DNA from: Nitrospirota bacterium
Lineage (GTDB): Bacteria; Nitrospirota; UBA9217
DNA length: 64,000 nt
Assembly: GCA_963749655.1 (NCBI GenBank)
Contig: CAVVOB010000039.1
Coordinates: forward strand, 1 to 64,000
Direction of reading: 5' to 3'
Positions 31,650-42,794 of this stretch are shown here, piece by piece. The notes beneath the pieces were generated by a model that searched no databases, was not told the origin of the DNA, and worked only from the letters and a program-made list of their open reading frames with translations. How positions within the stretch are numbered: the stretch's first letter is position 1; each line of letters opens with the position of its first letter. The position numbers and the translations under genes were made by a program.

Positions 31650-33094
31650 TTGATCAACCCCACGGCCGACTGGAACCATCCGGCAAGGAATTTCGGCATA
31701 TAGAGGCCGAGCACAAGCACTGCCAGCATGTGCAGGATGACCGGGAGGTGAGCCGCTTTCAACGGGTGCTGGTTGGGCGGCACCTCACCCGACACCATGG
31801 GCTGGACCCGTCGGAAGAGCGCGGCGAAGGACACGCCGAGGCCGAGCAGGAGAAAGGGCGCCATCAGCGGCGCATCCTTGATCGTGGCGGTGAGAATCAG
31901 GAATTCACTGGTGAACACGCCGAACGGGGGCATGCCCACGATCGCCATGACGCCGAGCGCGAGGCCCCACCCCACGAGCGGATTGCCCCGGATGAGTCCC
32001 TTGATCTTGTCCATCTCCTGGGTCCGGTGCATCTGCGCGGCGTGGCCCACGGTGAAAAAGATCGAAGACTTTGTCAGGCTGTGAACGAGCATGTGAAGGA
32101 GCGCGCCGAACGTGGCAACGGGCCCGCCCAGACCGAAGGCAAATGTGGCGATGCCCATGTGCTCGATCGACGAATATGCAAAAAGGCGCTTGATGTCTTT
32201 CTGGCGCAGCAGCGAGAAGGACGCCACCATGATGGAAATGACGCCGAAGCCCATCATGATGTTCCCCGAATGGTGCGTGCCCGTGGAGCCGTCGACGAGC
32301 ACTTTGCACCGGACGAGAGCATAGAGCGCAATGTTCAGCAGCAGGCCGGAGAGCACCGCGGAGATCGGCGTCGGACCTTCGCTGTGGGCGTCGGGCAGCC
32401 AGTTGTGGATAGGCACGAGGCCGACCTTGGTGCCGTAGCCCACCATGAGGAACACGAAGGCGAGGGACAGGATCGTGGGCTCCAGCTGATCGCTCACCTG
32501 CGCGAGGTTCGTCCAGTGGAGCGCGGCGCCTCCCGCGCCGAGGACTTTTTCAGCGGCGAAGTACAGGAGCACCGTGCCGAACAGCGCGAGCGCGATGCCG
32601 ACGCCGCAGAGAATGAAATATTTCCACGCCGCCTCGATCGCGGCGGGGGTGCGGTAGAGGGACACGAGAAGGACCGTAGACAGCGTGGCAAGCTCCATGG
32701 AGATCCAGAGAATGCCGACGTTGTTCGTAAGCAGACAGAGCAGCATGGCGAAAATGAAGAGCTGGAACATGGAATGGTAGAAGCGGATCCTCCGGTGTCC
32801 TATGGTCCCGTGTTCCCGTTCGCGACGCATATACCGCCTGCTGAAAATAGACGTGGTCATGGAGACGAAGGCTGTGAGGACGGTGAGGTAGACGCTGAAG
32901 GCATCGACGAAGAAAAAGTTGTTTCCCGCCAGGATGGGCCCCTTTTCATAGACCAGGAGCGCAAGCTGGATGCTCGCGACAAACGTGGCGCCGGAGCCCA
33001 GAATGTTGACCTCCGGCGCAAACCTCCGGTCGCCGATGAAAGCAAGCGCCAGGGATGCGACAAGCGGAACGACTAAAAGGGTCAGAAGCTCCAT
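31646..33094 (-). CDS. hyfF: Ehr module 1 antiporter-like subunit (HyfF)
   Basis: [41 protein letters not shown]. Confidence 0.92.
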   Translation of the reverse strand: MELLTLLVVPLVASLALAFIGDRRFAPEVNILGSGATFVASIQLALLVYEKGPILAGNNFFFVDAFSVYLTVLTAFVSMTTSIFSRRYMRREREHGTIGHRRIRFYHSMFQLFIFAMLLCLLTNNVGILWISMELATLSTVLLVSLYRTPAAIEAAWKYFILCGVGIALALFGTVLLYFAAEKVLGAGGAALHWTNLAQVSDQLEPTILSLAFVFLMVGYGTKVGLVPIHNWLPDAHSEGPTPISAVLSGLLLNIALYALVRCKVLVDGSTGTHHSGNIMMGFGVISIMVASFSLLRQKDIKRLFAYSSIEHMGIATFAFGLGGPVATFGALLHMLVHSLTKSSIFFTVGHAAQMHRTQEMDKIKGLIRGNPLVGWGLALGVMAIVGMPPFGVFTSEFLILTATIKDAPLMAPFLLLGLGVSFAALFRRVQPMVSGEVPPNQHPLKAAHLPVILHMLAVLVLGLYMPKFLAGWFQSAVGLIK

Positions 33095-33139
33095 GAAGAC
33101 CTCAATTCAAGACAAATCCGAAATTCGAATATCGAAATC

Positions 33140-33805
33140 CTAGTCTTCCTCCTTCAACCGGGCCATCTGGTCCACATCGAGGCTGTCGAAGGTCGTGCTG
33201 ATATGGAAAAAAAACATGCCGAAGATGAAAGCCGCGATCAGAAGGTCCAGCGCTACGCCGAGCTCGACCACGAGCGGCATGCCGTAGGTGGCGCTCGTTG
33301 CGGCGAACAGAAGCCCGTTCTCCATCGCGAGGAAGCCGATGATCTGGGTGACCGCGTGCTTTCGCGTGATCATCATCAGAAATCCGAGCATGACCGTTGC
33401 CAGGGCGACGGCAAGGGTGGAGCGGGTCACCAGGGTCGAAAGCTCCCGGATGGGGGAAGTCAGATGGTACGAGAAGATCACCAGTATGATCCCCAGAAGC
33501 ATGGTGGCCGGAATATTGAGGACGGTCTCCACTTCCTTGTGGATCTTCAGCTTCACGATAAGTTTGTGAAGGATATAGGGCAGAAGCACGACCTTGATCG
33601 TGAGCGTCAGGATTGAGGAAATATAAAGATCGTGGGCTCCGCCCAGGTATCCGACGATGGCCGTGCTCAAAGCAAGAAGAAATCCCTGCCAGGCGAAAAG
33701 GTGCAGGAGGGCGTTCATCCTGCGCTGGACGACCAGGGCAAAGGCCGTGAGCAGGATCAGGGCGGCAAGAAGACTGTTCAGTTGTGCTGCAAGCTGAGGG
33801 TTCAT
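33140..33805 (-). CDS. hyfE: Ehr module 1 membrane subunit (HyfE)
   Basis: GFLAMENGL, YGMPLVVELG. Confidence 0.9.
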   Translation of the reverse strand: MNPQLAAQLNSLLAALILLTAFALVVQRRMNALLHLFAWQGFLLALSTAIVGYLGGAHDLYISSILTLTIKVVLLPYILHKLIVKLKIHKEVETVLNIPATMLLGIILVIFSYHLTSPIRELSTLVTRSTLAVALATVMLGFLMMITRKHAVTQIIGFLAMENGLLFAATSATYGMPLVVELGVALDLLIAAFIFGMFFFHISTTFDSLDVDQMARLKEED

Positions 33806-33834
33806 TATCTACTCCAATCGGGAAACATTCGACT

Positions 33835-33934
33835 AGCCACGAATTTCACACGAATTTTCACGAAGAAAAACCCGACCAAACCGCTCCCGTCATTTTCAGT
33901 TCTTAATTCGTGTCAATTCGTGCTAATTCGTGGC
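33835..33934. repeat. Inverted 10-mer array pair (CACGAAT / ATTCGTG core)
   Basis: gccacgaatttcacacgaattttcacgaa ... aattcgtgtcaattcgtgctaattcgtggc at the hyfC/hyfE junction. Confidence 0.8.
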
Positions 33935-33956
33935 AAACAGCATCCGATCTTCTCCT

Positions 33957-34901
33957 TCATTCCAGCATGAAATAGGACATCATGCCGATCGTCGCGAACA
34001 GGAACGCGCTCCCGAGGAATTCGGTCACCCGGAAGATCCGCATCTTCGCAAGCCCTGTTTCGATCATCACGATGCCCAGTCCGATGATCCCGAGTTTGAA
34101 CGTCAAAACCGGCAGCGCAAGCGCCACATGGAGCAGATCGTCGGTCTGTGCAATGCCCCAGGGGAAAAAGGATGCGATCCCGAGCGTGGCGAAAAGAAAG
34201 AGCTTCATCATGCTCGCCCATTCGATCAGGGCCAGGTGCCTGCCCGAGTATTCCAGGATCATGGCCTCATGGATCATCGTGAGTTCCAGGTGGGTGGCCG
34301 GGTTGTCCACCGGCACCCTTCCCGTCTCGGCCAGGGCGATGAGGATGAATGCCAGCAGCGCGAAGACGAGCGACGGCCGGAGCATGAAGTGCCCCTGGGA
34401 GATGACAAAGACCATCTGCGACAGGGACGTCGACTTGCCTACGAGGGAGACGGCAAAGACAGCCATGAGCATAGCCGGTTCTGCAAGAGATGCGATCGTC
34501 ATCTCCCGGCTCGACCCCATGCCGCCGAAGGCCGTGCCGATATCCATGCCGGCGAGCGCGGTGAAGAACCGGGCAATAGCAAACAGCACCACCAGGGCGA
34601 TGACGTCAGCCGTGGCCGACAAGGGCAGGTCCATGGACAGGATGGGAATGATGCCGCCGACCATGACCGAAACGCCGAACACGAGATAGGGTGTAAACCG
34701 GAATATCCACGAGGCATTCTCGGCAAGGGTCACGTCTTTCGAAAAAAGTTTGAGGATATCGCGCCACGGCTGCAACAGGCTCGGCGCCGATCTCCCCTGG
34801 AACCAGCATTTTACCATCTTCACCCACCCCGCGAACAACGGGGCGGCGGCAAGAAGAACGGCGATCTGAAAAATTTCTATGATGAACGGATGGATACTCA
34901 T
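33957..34901 (-). CDS. hyfC: Ehr module 1 NuoH-like subunit (HyfC/HycD)
   Basis: FGGMGSSRE, AETGRVPVDNP.THLELTMIHE. Confidence 0.92.
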   Translation of the reverse strand: MSIHPFIIEIFQIAVLLAAAPLFAGWVKMVKCWFQGRSAPSLLQPWRDILKLFSKDVTLAENASWIFRFTPYLVFGVSVMVGGIIPILSMDLPLSATADVIALVVLFAIARFFTALAGMDIGTAFGGMGSSREMTIASLAEPAMLMAVFAVSLVGKSTSLSQMVFVISQGHFMLRPSLVFALLAFILIALAETGRVPVDNPATHLELTMIHEAMILEYSGRHLALIEWASMMKLFLFATLGIASFFPWGIAQTDDLLHVALALPVLTFKLGIIGLGIVMIETGLAKMRIFRVTEFLGSAFLFATIGMMSYFMLE

Positions 34902-34938
34902 GACATCAATGACCTCTCGTTCTAATAGGCCGTGGAAG

Positions 34939-35083
34939 CACGGATGGACACAGATAAAAATCAACAGTAATTTATGAAGCCCTTATCCGTATTAATCTGA
35001 GGCGAAAAAAAGTTATCGTTCCCCGCCCTTTGAAAAATTTTAATTCTGGATTATCCGTGTTTATCCGTGTTCATCCGTGGTTA
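34939..35083. repeat. Inverted 10-mer array pair (CACGGAT / ATCCGTG core)
   Basis: cacggatggacacagat ... atccgtgtttatccgtgttcatccgtggtt; related copy at 29996-30069. Confidence 0.75.
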
Positions 35084-35104
35084 ACCTTTATTACGTAAGA
35101 ATCG

Positions 35105-37165
35105 TCATCTTGACAGGATCACCAGAACAAGAATAGTCACGAACGAATAGATGAGATAGATCTGTATCCTTCCCTGCTGCATTCTTCCGATCCTGCGGGA
35201 AAGCCAGAAGCTTGCATCAACGACCGGCTGATATATCCACATCCAGAAGCGGTCGCGCACCCGGAGGTGGTAGTGCAGCTTTTCGGGATAGGCCGCATGC
35301 GCGCCCGGCGGAACCCGGCGCACCCGCTCTTTGACGTTGAAGAGAAAGCCGAAAATCCTCCGGATGGGCATCGCAAACGACGTGGCGGTGTACTGCATCC
35401 GGTTGGTGACCTTTTCAAAACCGCAGTCCCAGAGCGGTACGCGTTTTATGGCCCCGGGCCGCGTATGAAGCAGCAGGTACGTCAGAATGACAACGGCCAG
35501 GATCCCGATAAAAACGATCGGGGCCGCATACGAGGCCCGCTCGGCGGCGATCGGCGTAAGCCACATCCAGCCCATGCCCGAAGCCGATGCGCCGATCGTG
35601 CCGCCCACCAGTTCTTCGGCAAGGGGGTCCATCCAGCTGATCACGAACGTGGGCAGCACCCCGAGGCCGAGGCAGGTAAGCGCTGCCAGCAGCATGCCGA
35701 TGCGCATGGGCCAGTCGACTTCGTGAACATGACTGTGACGGTGGCCCCGCCGATGCCCCAGAAAAGTGACGCCAAAGGCCTTCACGAAGCAGGCTGCCGC
35801 GAGGGCGCTCGTGAGCGCAAGAAGCGCGGCGCCGAGCGGGATGAGCAGGTTCAAAAGCGGACTGGGCAGCCCCGGAGAGAGCAGAAAGGCCTGGTAGGTG
35901 AGCCATTCCGACACAAAACCGTTAAAGGGCGGCAGCGCCGAGATCGAGACGCAGCCGACGAGGAAGAACACCGCTGTCCAGGGCATGTAGCGGATCAGCC
36001 CGCCCATCTCTTCCATGTTCCGTTCGTGGGTCGCATGGAGCACCGCGCCGGCTCCCATGAAGAGGAGCCCCTTGAACATGGCGTGGTTCAGCGTGTGATA
36101 GAGGCCCGCGATCAGGGCCAGCGCGGCCAGGAGCGGCATGTCGAAGGAGGTGAAGATCATGGCAAGGCCGATGCCGATCAGGATGATGCCGATGTTCTCC
36201 ACGGAGTGGTAGGCGAGAAGCCTCTTCAGATCGTGCTGCATCAGGGCGTAGAGCACGCCCAGGACGGCCGAAATCAGACCGAAGACCAGCACGAGCGCGC
36301 CCCACCACCAGGGAAAATCGCCGATCAGGTCGAAGACGACGCGGACAATGCCGTAGATGGCGGTCTTGAGCATGACACCGCTCATGAGCGCGGACACGTT
36401 GGACGGCGCGACCGGGTGCGCCTCGGGAAGCCAGACGTGGAGCGGGATCACGCCCGCCTTGGCGGCGAACCCGAAGAAGGCGAGCAGAAAGGCGAGCGCG
36501 GCCAGCCCTGCGGGAAGCTCGGTCTCGCGCATGGCGTCAAAGGTATAGCTTTGGAATCCCGTGAACCCCGTGGCAAGCCCGGCCATGACCCCGAAGGACA
36601 GGAGGATGGCGATGGCGCCGACATGGGCCACGACGAGGTAGAGGAACGCGGCCCTCCGGTTCTCGATCTTCTCGTCCTCGAACATGACCAGAAAATAAGA
36701 GGCGGCAGCCATCAGTCTCCCAGGCGATCAGGAAGAACAAGGCATCGTCGGCCAGGACTACCATGAACATGCCGGCGAGAAAGAGCGTGTAAAAGACCAC
36801 CAGGCTCGTCACCGACCGGTGGCCCAGATAGCCTTTCACATAGCCGATGGAGTAGATGGAAACGAAGAAGGCGAGCAGACCGACGACGACGAGAAAGAAA
36901 CCGGACAGGAGGTCGAGCCGCAGATGAAACGGCAGGTCGGGGAGACCGACCTGCAGAATGACCTGTGCGGTCTCGCTGCTTGCCACGGTCCAGACGCCCG
37001 CTGCCGTGGCGAGGAGGGAGGCAAGAGCGGTAAGAAAAAAACCGAGTGTTTATGAGGAGACGCTGGCTCAGGCGCAGGACCGGCGTCAGCGCCAGCAGAA
37101 AGAGCAGCACCGCGAAAGATGAGGATATGATACTGACAGGTGAAAGCTGCACGCTCTACCTCCAT
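35105..37165 (-). CDS. hyfB: Ehr module 1 antiporter-like subunit (HyfB); frameshifts in the 5' part
   Basis: PLHVWLPEAHP, KRLLAYHSVENIG, LPPFNGFVSEW, WDCG, MQYT. Confidence 0.9.
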
Positions 37166-37235
37166 AAATATCCCTGCATCTTGGCCTGAATAACGATCAG
37201 TTCTTATAGACCGCGAGGCCTGTCCCCTGCTCGGC

Positions 37236-37759
37236 TCACCCCGTGCAACGATCGATCAGTTCCGAAAGCCCGAGTATGATGGCAGTCGGCGTCGGCGGGC
37301 AACCGGGGATGTATGCGTCGACGGGAATGACGTTCCCCACGCCGTTCGTGACTGCATAGCTTCCTTTATATATGCCGCCGTCATTGCGCAGTCGCCGCAC
37401 GCGACTACGAGCCTCGGCTCCGGCGTCGCGATGTAGGTTCTCTTGAGCGCAAGCTCCATCTGACGGGACACGGGGCCGGTTACGAGCAGCACATCGGCAT
37501 GGCGGGGAGATGCCACGAAATCGATGCCGAACCGCTGGATGTCGTAGATGGGATTGGTAAGCGCCGTGCACTCCCACTCGCAGGCGTTGCAGGAACCCGC
37601 ATCCACCTGCCGTATCCGAAGGGACCTACCGAAGATTGTATCAATCTTTTTCGGAAAGTCAACTATCTTCGCCGCCTGCTCCGGGGTGACGTAGAATCCT
37701 TCGGGAAAAGGAATGACCTGTTTTTTCGAAATTATGTTTTTAAATATCTCTTTCAGCAT
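37236..37759 (-). CDS. Ehr module 2 small Fe-S subunit; frameshift near 37385
   Basis: DAGSCNACEWE, SPRHAD, GDCA, IPGCPPTP. Confidence 0.88.
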
Positions 37760-37841
37760 GGTTATTCATCGGAGATATAAGCCTGCAGCTGAGGTCTGAC
37801 TTCTACTCTTACTTCTGACTCCTGACTCCTGACCTGCCTAC

Positions 37842-39408
37842 TTACATATCCGTCCCTGAATAAGACAGATTGAAGCTCTTGTTGCAGAGCGGAAAATCGG
37901 GCACGATGTTGCCGTGCACCGCAAAGGGAACCGCAGGCCAGTTGCAGTACGAGGGCGACCGGAGCTTGACCCTGAGCGGCTTGCCGTCCTTGTCCGCCAT
38001 GACCCAGTAGAAGACCGACCCTCTCGGCGATTCCGCATATCCGAGCGCCGAAGCGTAGAGGCGTGCTGTCGTCGCGGGGACGGCGAGGTCTCCCTTGTAG
38101 CTGCGTCTCAAACAACGCCTGGATCATCGATATGGAGCACTCTATTTCCTCGGCCCTGACCATCATCCGCGCCATGACGTCCCCTTTTTCGAGCGTGTGG
38201 GCCTCGAAGATCAGCCTCTCATAGAGCAGATGGGGATGGGACTTCCTCAGATCATCGGGCAGCCCGGACGCCCGGGCGGCGACGCCGGTGACGCCGAGCT
38301 TTCCGTGCGATGTCCTTGGACAGCCTGCCGGTGTTCTCGAGCCGTTCGATGTGGGAGACCGCGCTGAGCAGCAGGTCCATGAGTTCCTTGTATTCACTGG
38401 TGGCCCCGTCTATGGTCTTCAGAACATCGTCGGCAAGGTCATACACGTTCCTGGTAACGCCGCCGACGATATTCAGGCCGCGCAGGTACCGGCTGCCCGT
38501 CAGCCGCTCGTTCAGCTGCATCAGCCGCTCCTTGATGACGGCGCCTTTCATATACCCCACGGCAAGCGCCGTTCCCGCGCACATGTTCCCGATGTCGCCG
38601 ATGTGGTTGTAGAGCCGTTCAAGCTCAAGGACGAGCGTCCTGACGGCCGCGGCTTTTTCCGTGATCTCGATGCCCATCATCCGCTCGACGGCCATGCAGT
38701 ATGCGGCGCCGTGGGCAAAGGAAGACGTCCCGGACACGCGCTCGGCGAGTTTCACGCCTTCGGCGAACCCCAGCTTCTCAAACTGTTTTTCCGTGCCCTT
38801 GTGCGTATAGAACAACCGCGGCTCCAGAAAAAAAATCGTTTCTCCGACGGCGCTGAACCGGAAGTGCCCCGGCTCGATGATGCCCGCGTGGACCGGGCCG
38901 ACGGGAATTTCAGCGATGCCCTCTCCTGCGACCTCCATGAAGGGATGGGGAACATGCACCGCGGTGCCCGCCCCCCATTCGGTCAACTGCGCCTCCGAGA
39001 TGCTCCAATCCTTGCGAAGCGGGTGGGAACCCGCGGGAAAGGCCTCGTGAAAAACGAGCCTGCGCTGGTCGGGGTGGCCTTGGGGCTTCAGTCCGAACAG
39101 GTCGCTGATCTCCCGTTCATACCAGTGAGCAGCAGGCATCGGGTGTTATGGAGGGAAAGGCGCATTCTGCTCTTGACCGGCAGCACAAGGATGACAAAGC
39201 GAGTCCGTCCCGGGACGGTGAATACCGCATAGATCCGGAATACCCCGTCCTTTTGCCGCTCATCGGTCGCGAACATGACCCGCAGGAGGGCGTGCCGGTC
39301 CTCGAACAAGTGGGCGCACAATTCCCTGAAGTCGCCGGCAGTGACCTCAACGTAGAGCTCGTTGCCCTGCTCGACGGTGGAAACCGCTTTGTTCATAATG
39401 CGTTCCAT
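37842..39408 (-). CDS. Ehr module 2 large subunit (no NiFe ligands); several frameshifts
   Basis: WYEREISDLFG, GPVHAGIIEPGHFRF, ERVSGTS, DFPLCNKSFNLSYSGTDM. Confidence 0.85.
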
Positions 39409-40896
39409 TATTTCACTCCCAGGACCATTACGCAGGCCTTGATCGTTGCGTCGATGAAGGCGGGAACCCTGAAGCCCAGCGCGACGACCGACACCGCCAT
39501 GACGATCATCACTGCATTGCCGAGCACATTTCCGATGAGAAACCGCGATGAAGCCCCTCCGTGGTCCACGACCGTCCCTTCCGGCGCGCCGAACAGCATC
39601 TTTCCGAAACCGGACAGCACGCCGTAGAAGACGAGTACGACGAAGAACAGGAAGAGGACCACCACCGAGCCACAGACCCCTGTCCACGGCGGCCTTCAGG
39701 ACCGTAAACTCGCTCATGAAAATATTGAACGGCGGCGTGCCGGAAAGCGACAGCGCGCCGATGAACGTCAGCGTGCCGAGGAGCGGCATGGAGGTAAGCA
39801 CCCCGTTCACGTTCGCGATGTTCGTGGAGCCGAAGCGGGCCTGGATCTTGCCGGAGGCGAAGAACATGAGCGGCTTCGCAAAGCGTATGGCTCAGCACGT
39901 GCAGCAGTGCCCCGTAGAGGCCGATCGGGACCGCCGATGCCGACGCCGAGGGAGATGATGCCCATGTGCTCGATGCTGCTGTAGGCAAGCAGCCGCTTGA
40001 AGTTGTTCTGGACCAGGATAAAGATGGACGCAGATGCCGACGGAGATGAGCCCGAAGATGATGAGCAGGTTGCCGGTGAAGGCCTCGCCCGTTGACGGCT
40101 CGACGATCGAGACGAAGCGCATGATGCCGTAGAACGCCGGTTCAGCCGGGCAGAGGAGGGCGCTGATCGGGCTCGGGGCCTGGCCCTGCGCATCAGGCAG
40201 CCAGTTGTGCACCGGCGCAAGTCCCGCCTTGGTCCCGTATCCCACGAGCACGAAGATGAAGGCGAGTTTCATGGTCTCGGGGTTCAGCCGGGGGGCGACA
40301 CCCCTGGAGCACGGTCCAGTTCAACGCGCCTTCGGTGCCCATCGATCGCCGTCGAGGCGTAATAGGTGATGAACGTGCCCGAGCAGCGCGAACGTGATGC
40401 CCACGGTGCAGAGTACGATATATTTCCACGCAGCCTCGACCGCCAGCGGCCGCTTGCGGAACCCGAGACCGATGAGGAGCGCCGAGACGATCGTCGTCGC
40501 CTCCATGCCGATCCACATGAGCGCAAGGTTGTTCGCCATGGATCACCAGCAGCATGGTGAAAACAAAAAGGTGGAAGCAGACCGTAGTACGCCGCATGCC
40601 GCGGAAATTCATAAGCCCTCGCGGCAAGCTCATTCTCGAGGTAGCCGATCGAGTAGACCGCGCGAAGCAAGGCTGTACAGGATCATGAGCCCCATGATGT
40701 ACGCCGAAAGTGCATCCATGAAGAACGCGCCGTCGAGCGGCCGTGATCGGCGTGCCACCGCGCCGGCGATGACCGGACGCGGCATAAGCAGCACGCGCAA
40801 CGATCCCGACGAGGTTCACGTAGCCGATCAGCCGCGGGTTCTTCACACGTAGCAGATCATCGCGGTAACGATGGGTATGAGCAATATGATCATCAT
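39408..40896 (-). CDS. hyfF: Ehr module 2 HyfF-like subunit; heavily frameshifted
   Basis: [46 protein letters not shown] spread over several frames. Confidence 0.8.
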
Positions 40897-40920
40897 CTTA
40901 TTTCTGCCTCTGCTTTTCGA

Positions 40921-40953
40921 GCATTCCGCATTCCGCATTCCGCATTCCGCATT
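40921..40953. repeat. Heptamer array (TCCGCAT)x4
   Basis: At the hyfE/hyfF junction of module 2; same unit as 2044-2071. Confidence 0.85.
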
Positions 40954-40957
40954 GCGT

Positions 40958-41621
40958 TCATCCCTTCAACACCGTCAGCTTGTCCAGATCGGCCGTGGCA
41001 AAGGTCCGTCTTGATCTGCACCGCGAAGATGCCGAGAATGATCACGCCCATCAGCATGTCGAACAGCACGCCCAAGTTCGATGATCGTCGGCATGCCGAA
41101 GGTCAGGGAAAAACCGGCGAGGAACAGGCCGTTCTCCATGAACAGGAGCCCCATCACCATCACCAGCGCCTTTTTTCGCGTGATCATGATGAACAGGCTG
41201 ATCAGGATCACGGCAATGGCGATCTGGAGCACATTGCGGGAAAATCCCGTGACCGTGATGCCGGTCTTGAGCGAAGCATACACCACGGCAACGAGAAGGC
41301 TCGACACGGCAAGGGAAAGCGCATTGCTGAATGGGGCTGGATGCTCATGGGTGATCCGCATCTGGCGGACGATCCTGCGCAAAAAGAGCGGGATCAGGAT
41401 GCCCTTGGTCGGCGAGGGTAAGCAGCGCCGCGACATACGAGATGCCGCTCTCCGACAAGGACGGCGACCACGGCGATCAGGCCTGCCAGGAGCCAGGAGT
41501 TGATCGTATAGGCCTTCACGTAGGACTCGATGCTCTTGAAGGCGTTCAGCGTCACCGCGGTCAGCAGAATGCCGACGGAGATGAAATCAATGACGGAAAA
41601 TGCTTCGATCCAGGTTTTCAT
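40958..41621 (-). CDS. hyfE: Ehr module 2 HyfE-like subunit; frameshifted
   Basis: GLLFMENGLF, FGMPTIIELG, ends LTVLKG*. Confidence 0.82.
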
Positions 41622-41830
41622 AAAGTATGCCCTGCTCCAGCCCGGACAAGCCGGAAAAACGACAAAATATTCCTGCCCTCATGAATAAAAAAATCTGATT
41701 CCTGATGAATTCGCAAAAGACGATTGTTACCACAGAGCCGCTGAGGCAGCGGAGAAGACCTGTCAATTTTAAGATTTTCTCTCTGCGTCTCAGCGGTCAG
41801 ATCTTGACTCTAACGTCTTACCTCTCCGCC

Positions 41831-42755
41831 TTACTTCCCCATCATGATGTGCGTTACCAGGGAAAGGAACGCCAGCACGAATGCGCCGCCGAGAATGGAC
41901 GGCAGCTGGAAAAACCGCACTTTCGCCCTCGTGGACTCGACAACAGCCATTACGAAGCGCCATAGCCGCCATCTTTGCCGCGTACACACCCGATGCGGTG
42001 ATCATCGTCACTCCCCCTGTTGCGTGCATCATGCCGAAGGGGAAGAAGATGTCCATGGCAAGCGTGAAGAGGACCATCTGTTTCACATAGTGTGCCCATT
42101 CCATGAGCGCCAGATAGCGGCCCGAATACTCCAGGATCATGCCCTCATGGATCATCGTGAGCTCAAGATGGGTGTCCGGGTTGTCGACCGGCACCCTGCC
42201 CGTCTCGGCCATGATCGCCACGAGAAAAGCCGCGAGGGCCAGCAGGTGCGACGGTGAATACGCCGCTCCCTGGGCCGATGCGATGACTGCAATGTTCGTG
42301 GAACCTGCGGAAATGGCCGCTGTGAACAAGGCAAGCATCATCATGGGCTCGACGAGGATCGCAACGGTCATCTCCCGGCTGCTCCCCTCGCCTCCGAAAC
42401 CGGTCCCTGCATCAAGCCCGGCCAGGGCCATGAAGAACCGGGCCAGCGCAAGAAGATAGATGAGGGCGATCACATCGCCCATCATGCTGAAGGCAGGAGT
42501 CGTCGACACCACCGGCACGATCATGGCTGCGGCTGCCGCGGCCGTAAAAACGATATAGGGAGTCGCCTTGAAGATCCAGGACGTGACCGAGGACACGACC
42601 ATGTCCTTCTTGAACAGGCGCAGAAGATCATAGTAGGGCTGGAGCACGCCCGGACCGACGCGGCCCTGCATGTTCGCCTTGAGCTTCTTGATCACCCCGT
42701 TGACCAGGGGCGAGAACAGAATGATTATGAAAAATTGGATATAGTCCATGTTCAT
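41831..42755 (-). CDS. hyfC: Ehr module 2 HyfC/HycD-like subunit; frameshift near 41960
   Basis: QPYYDL, GSSRE, AETGRVPVDNPDTHLELTMIHE. Confidence 0.88.
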
Positions 42756-42794
42756 CTCAGGGAACGGTGATTGAGACCCGCTCGCCGTTCTGCG

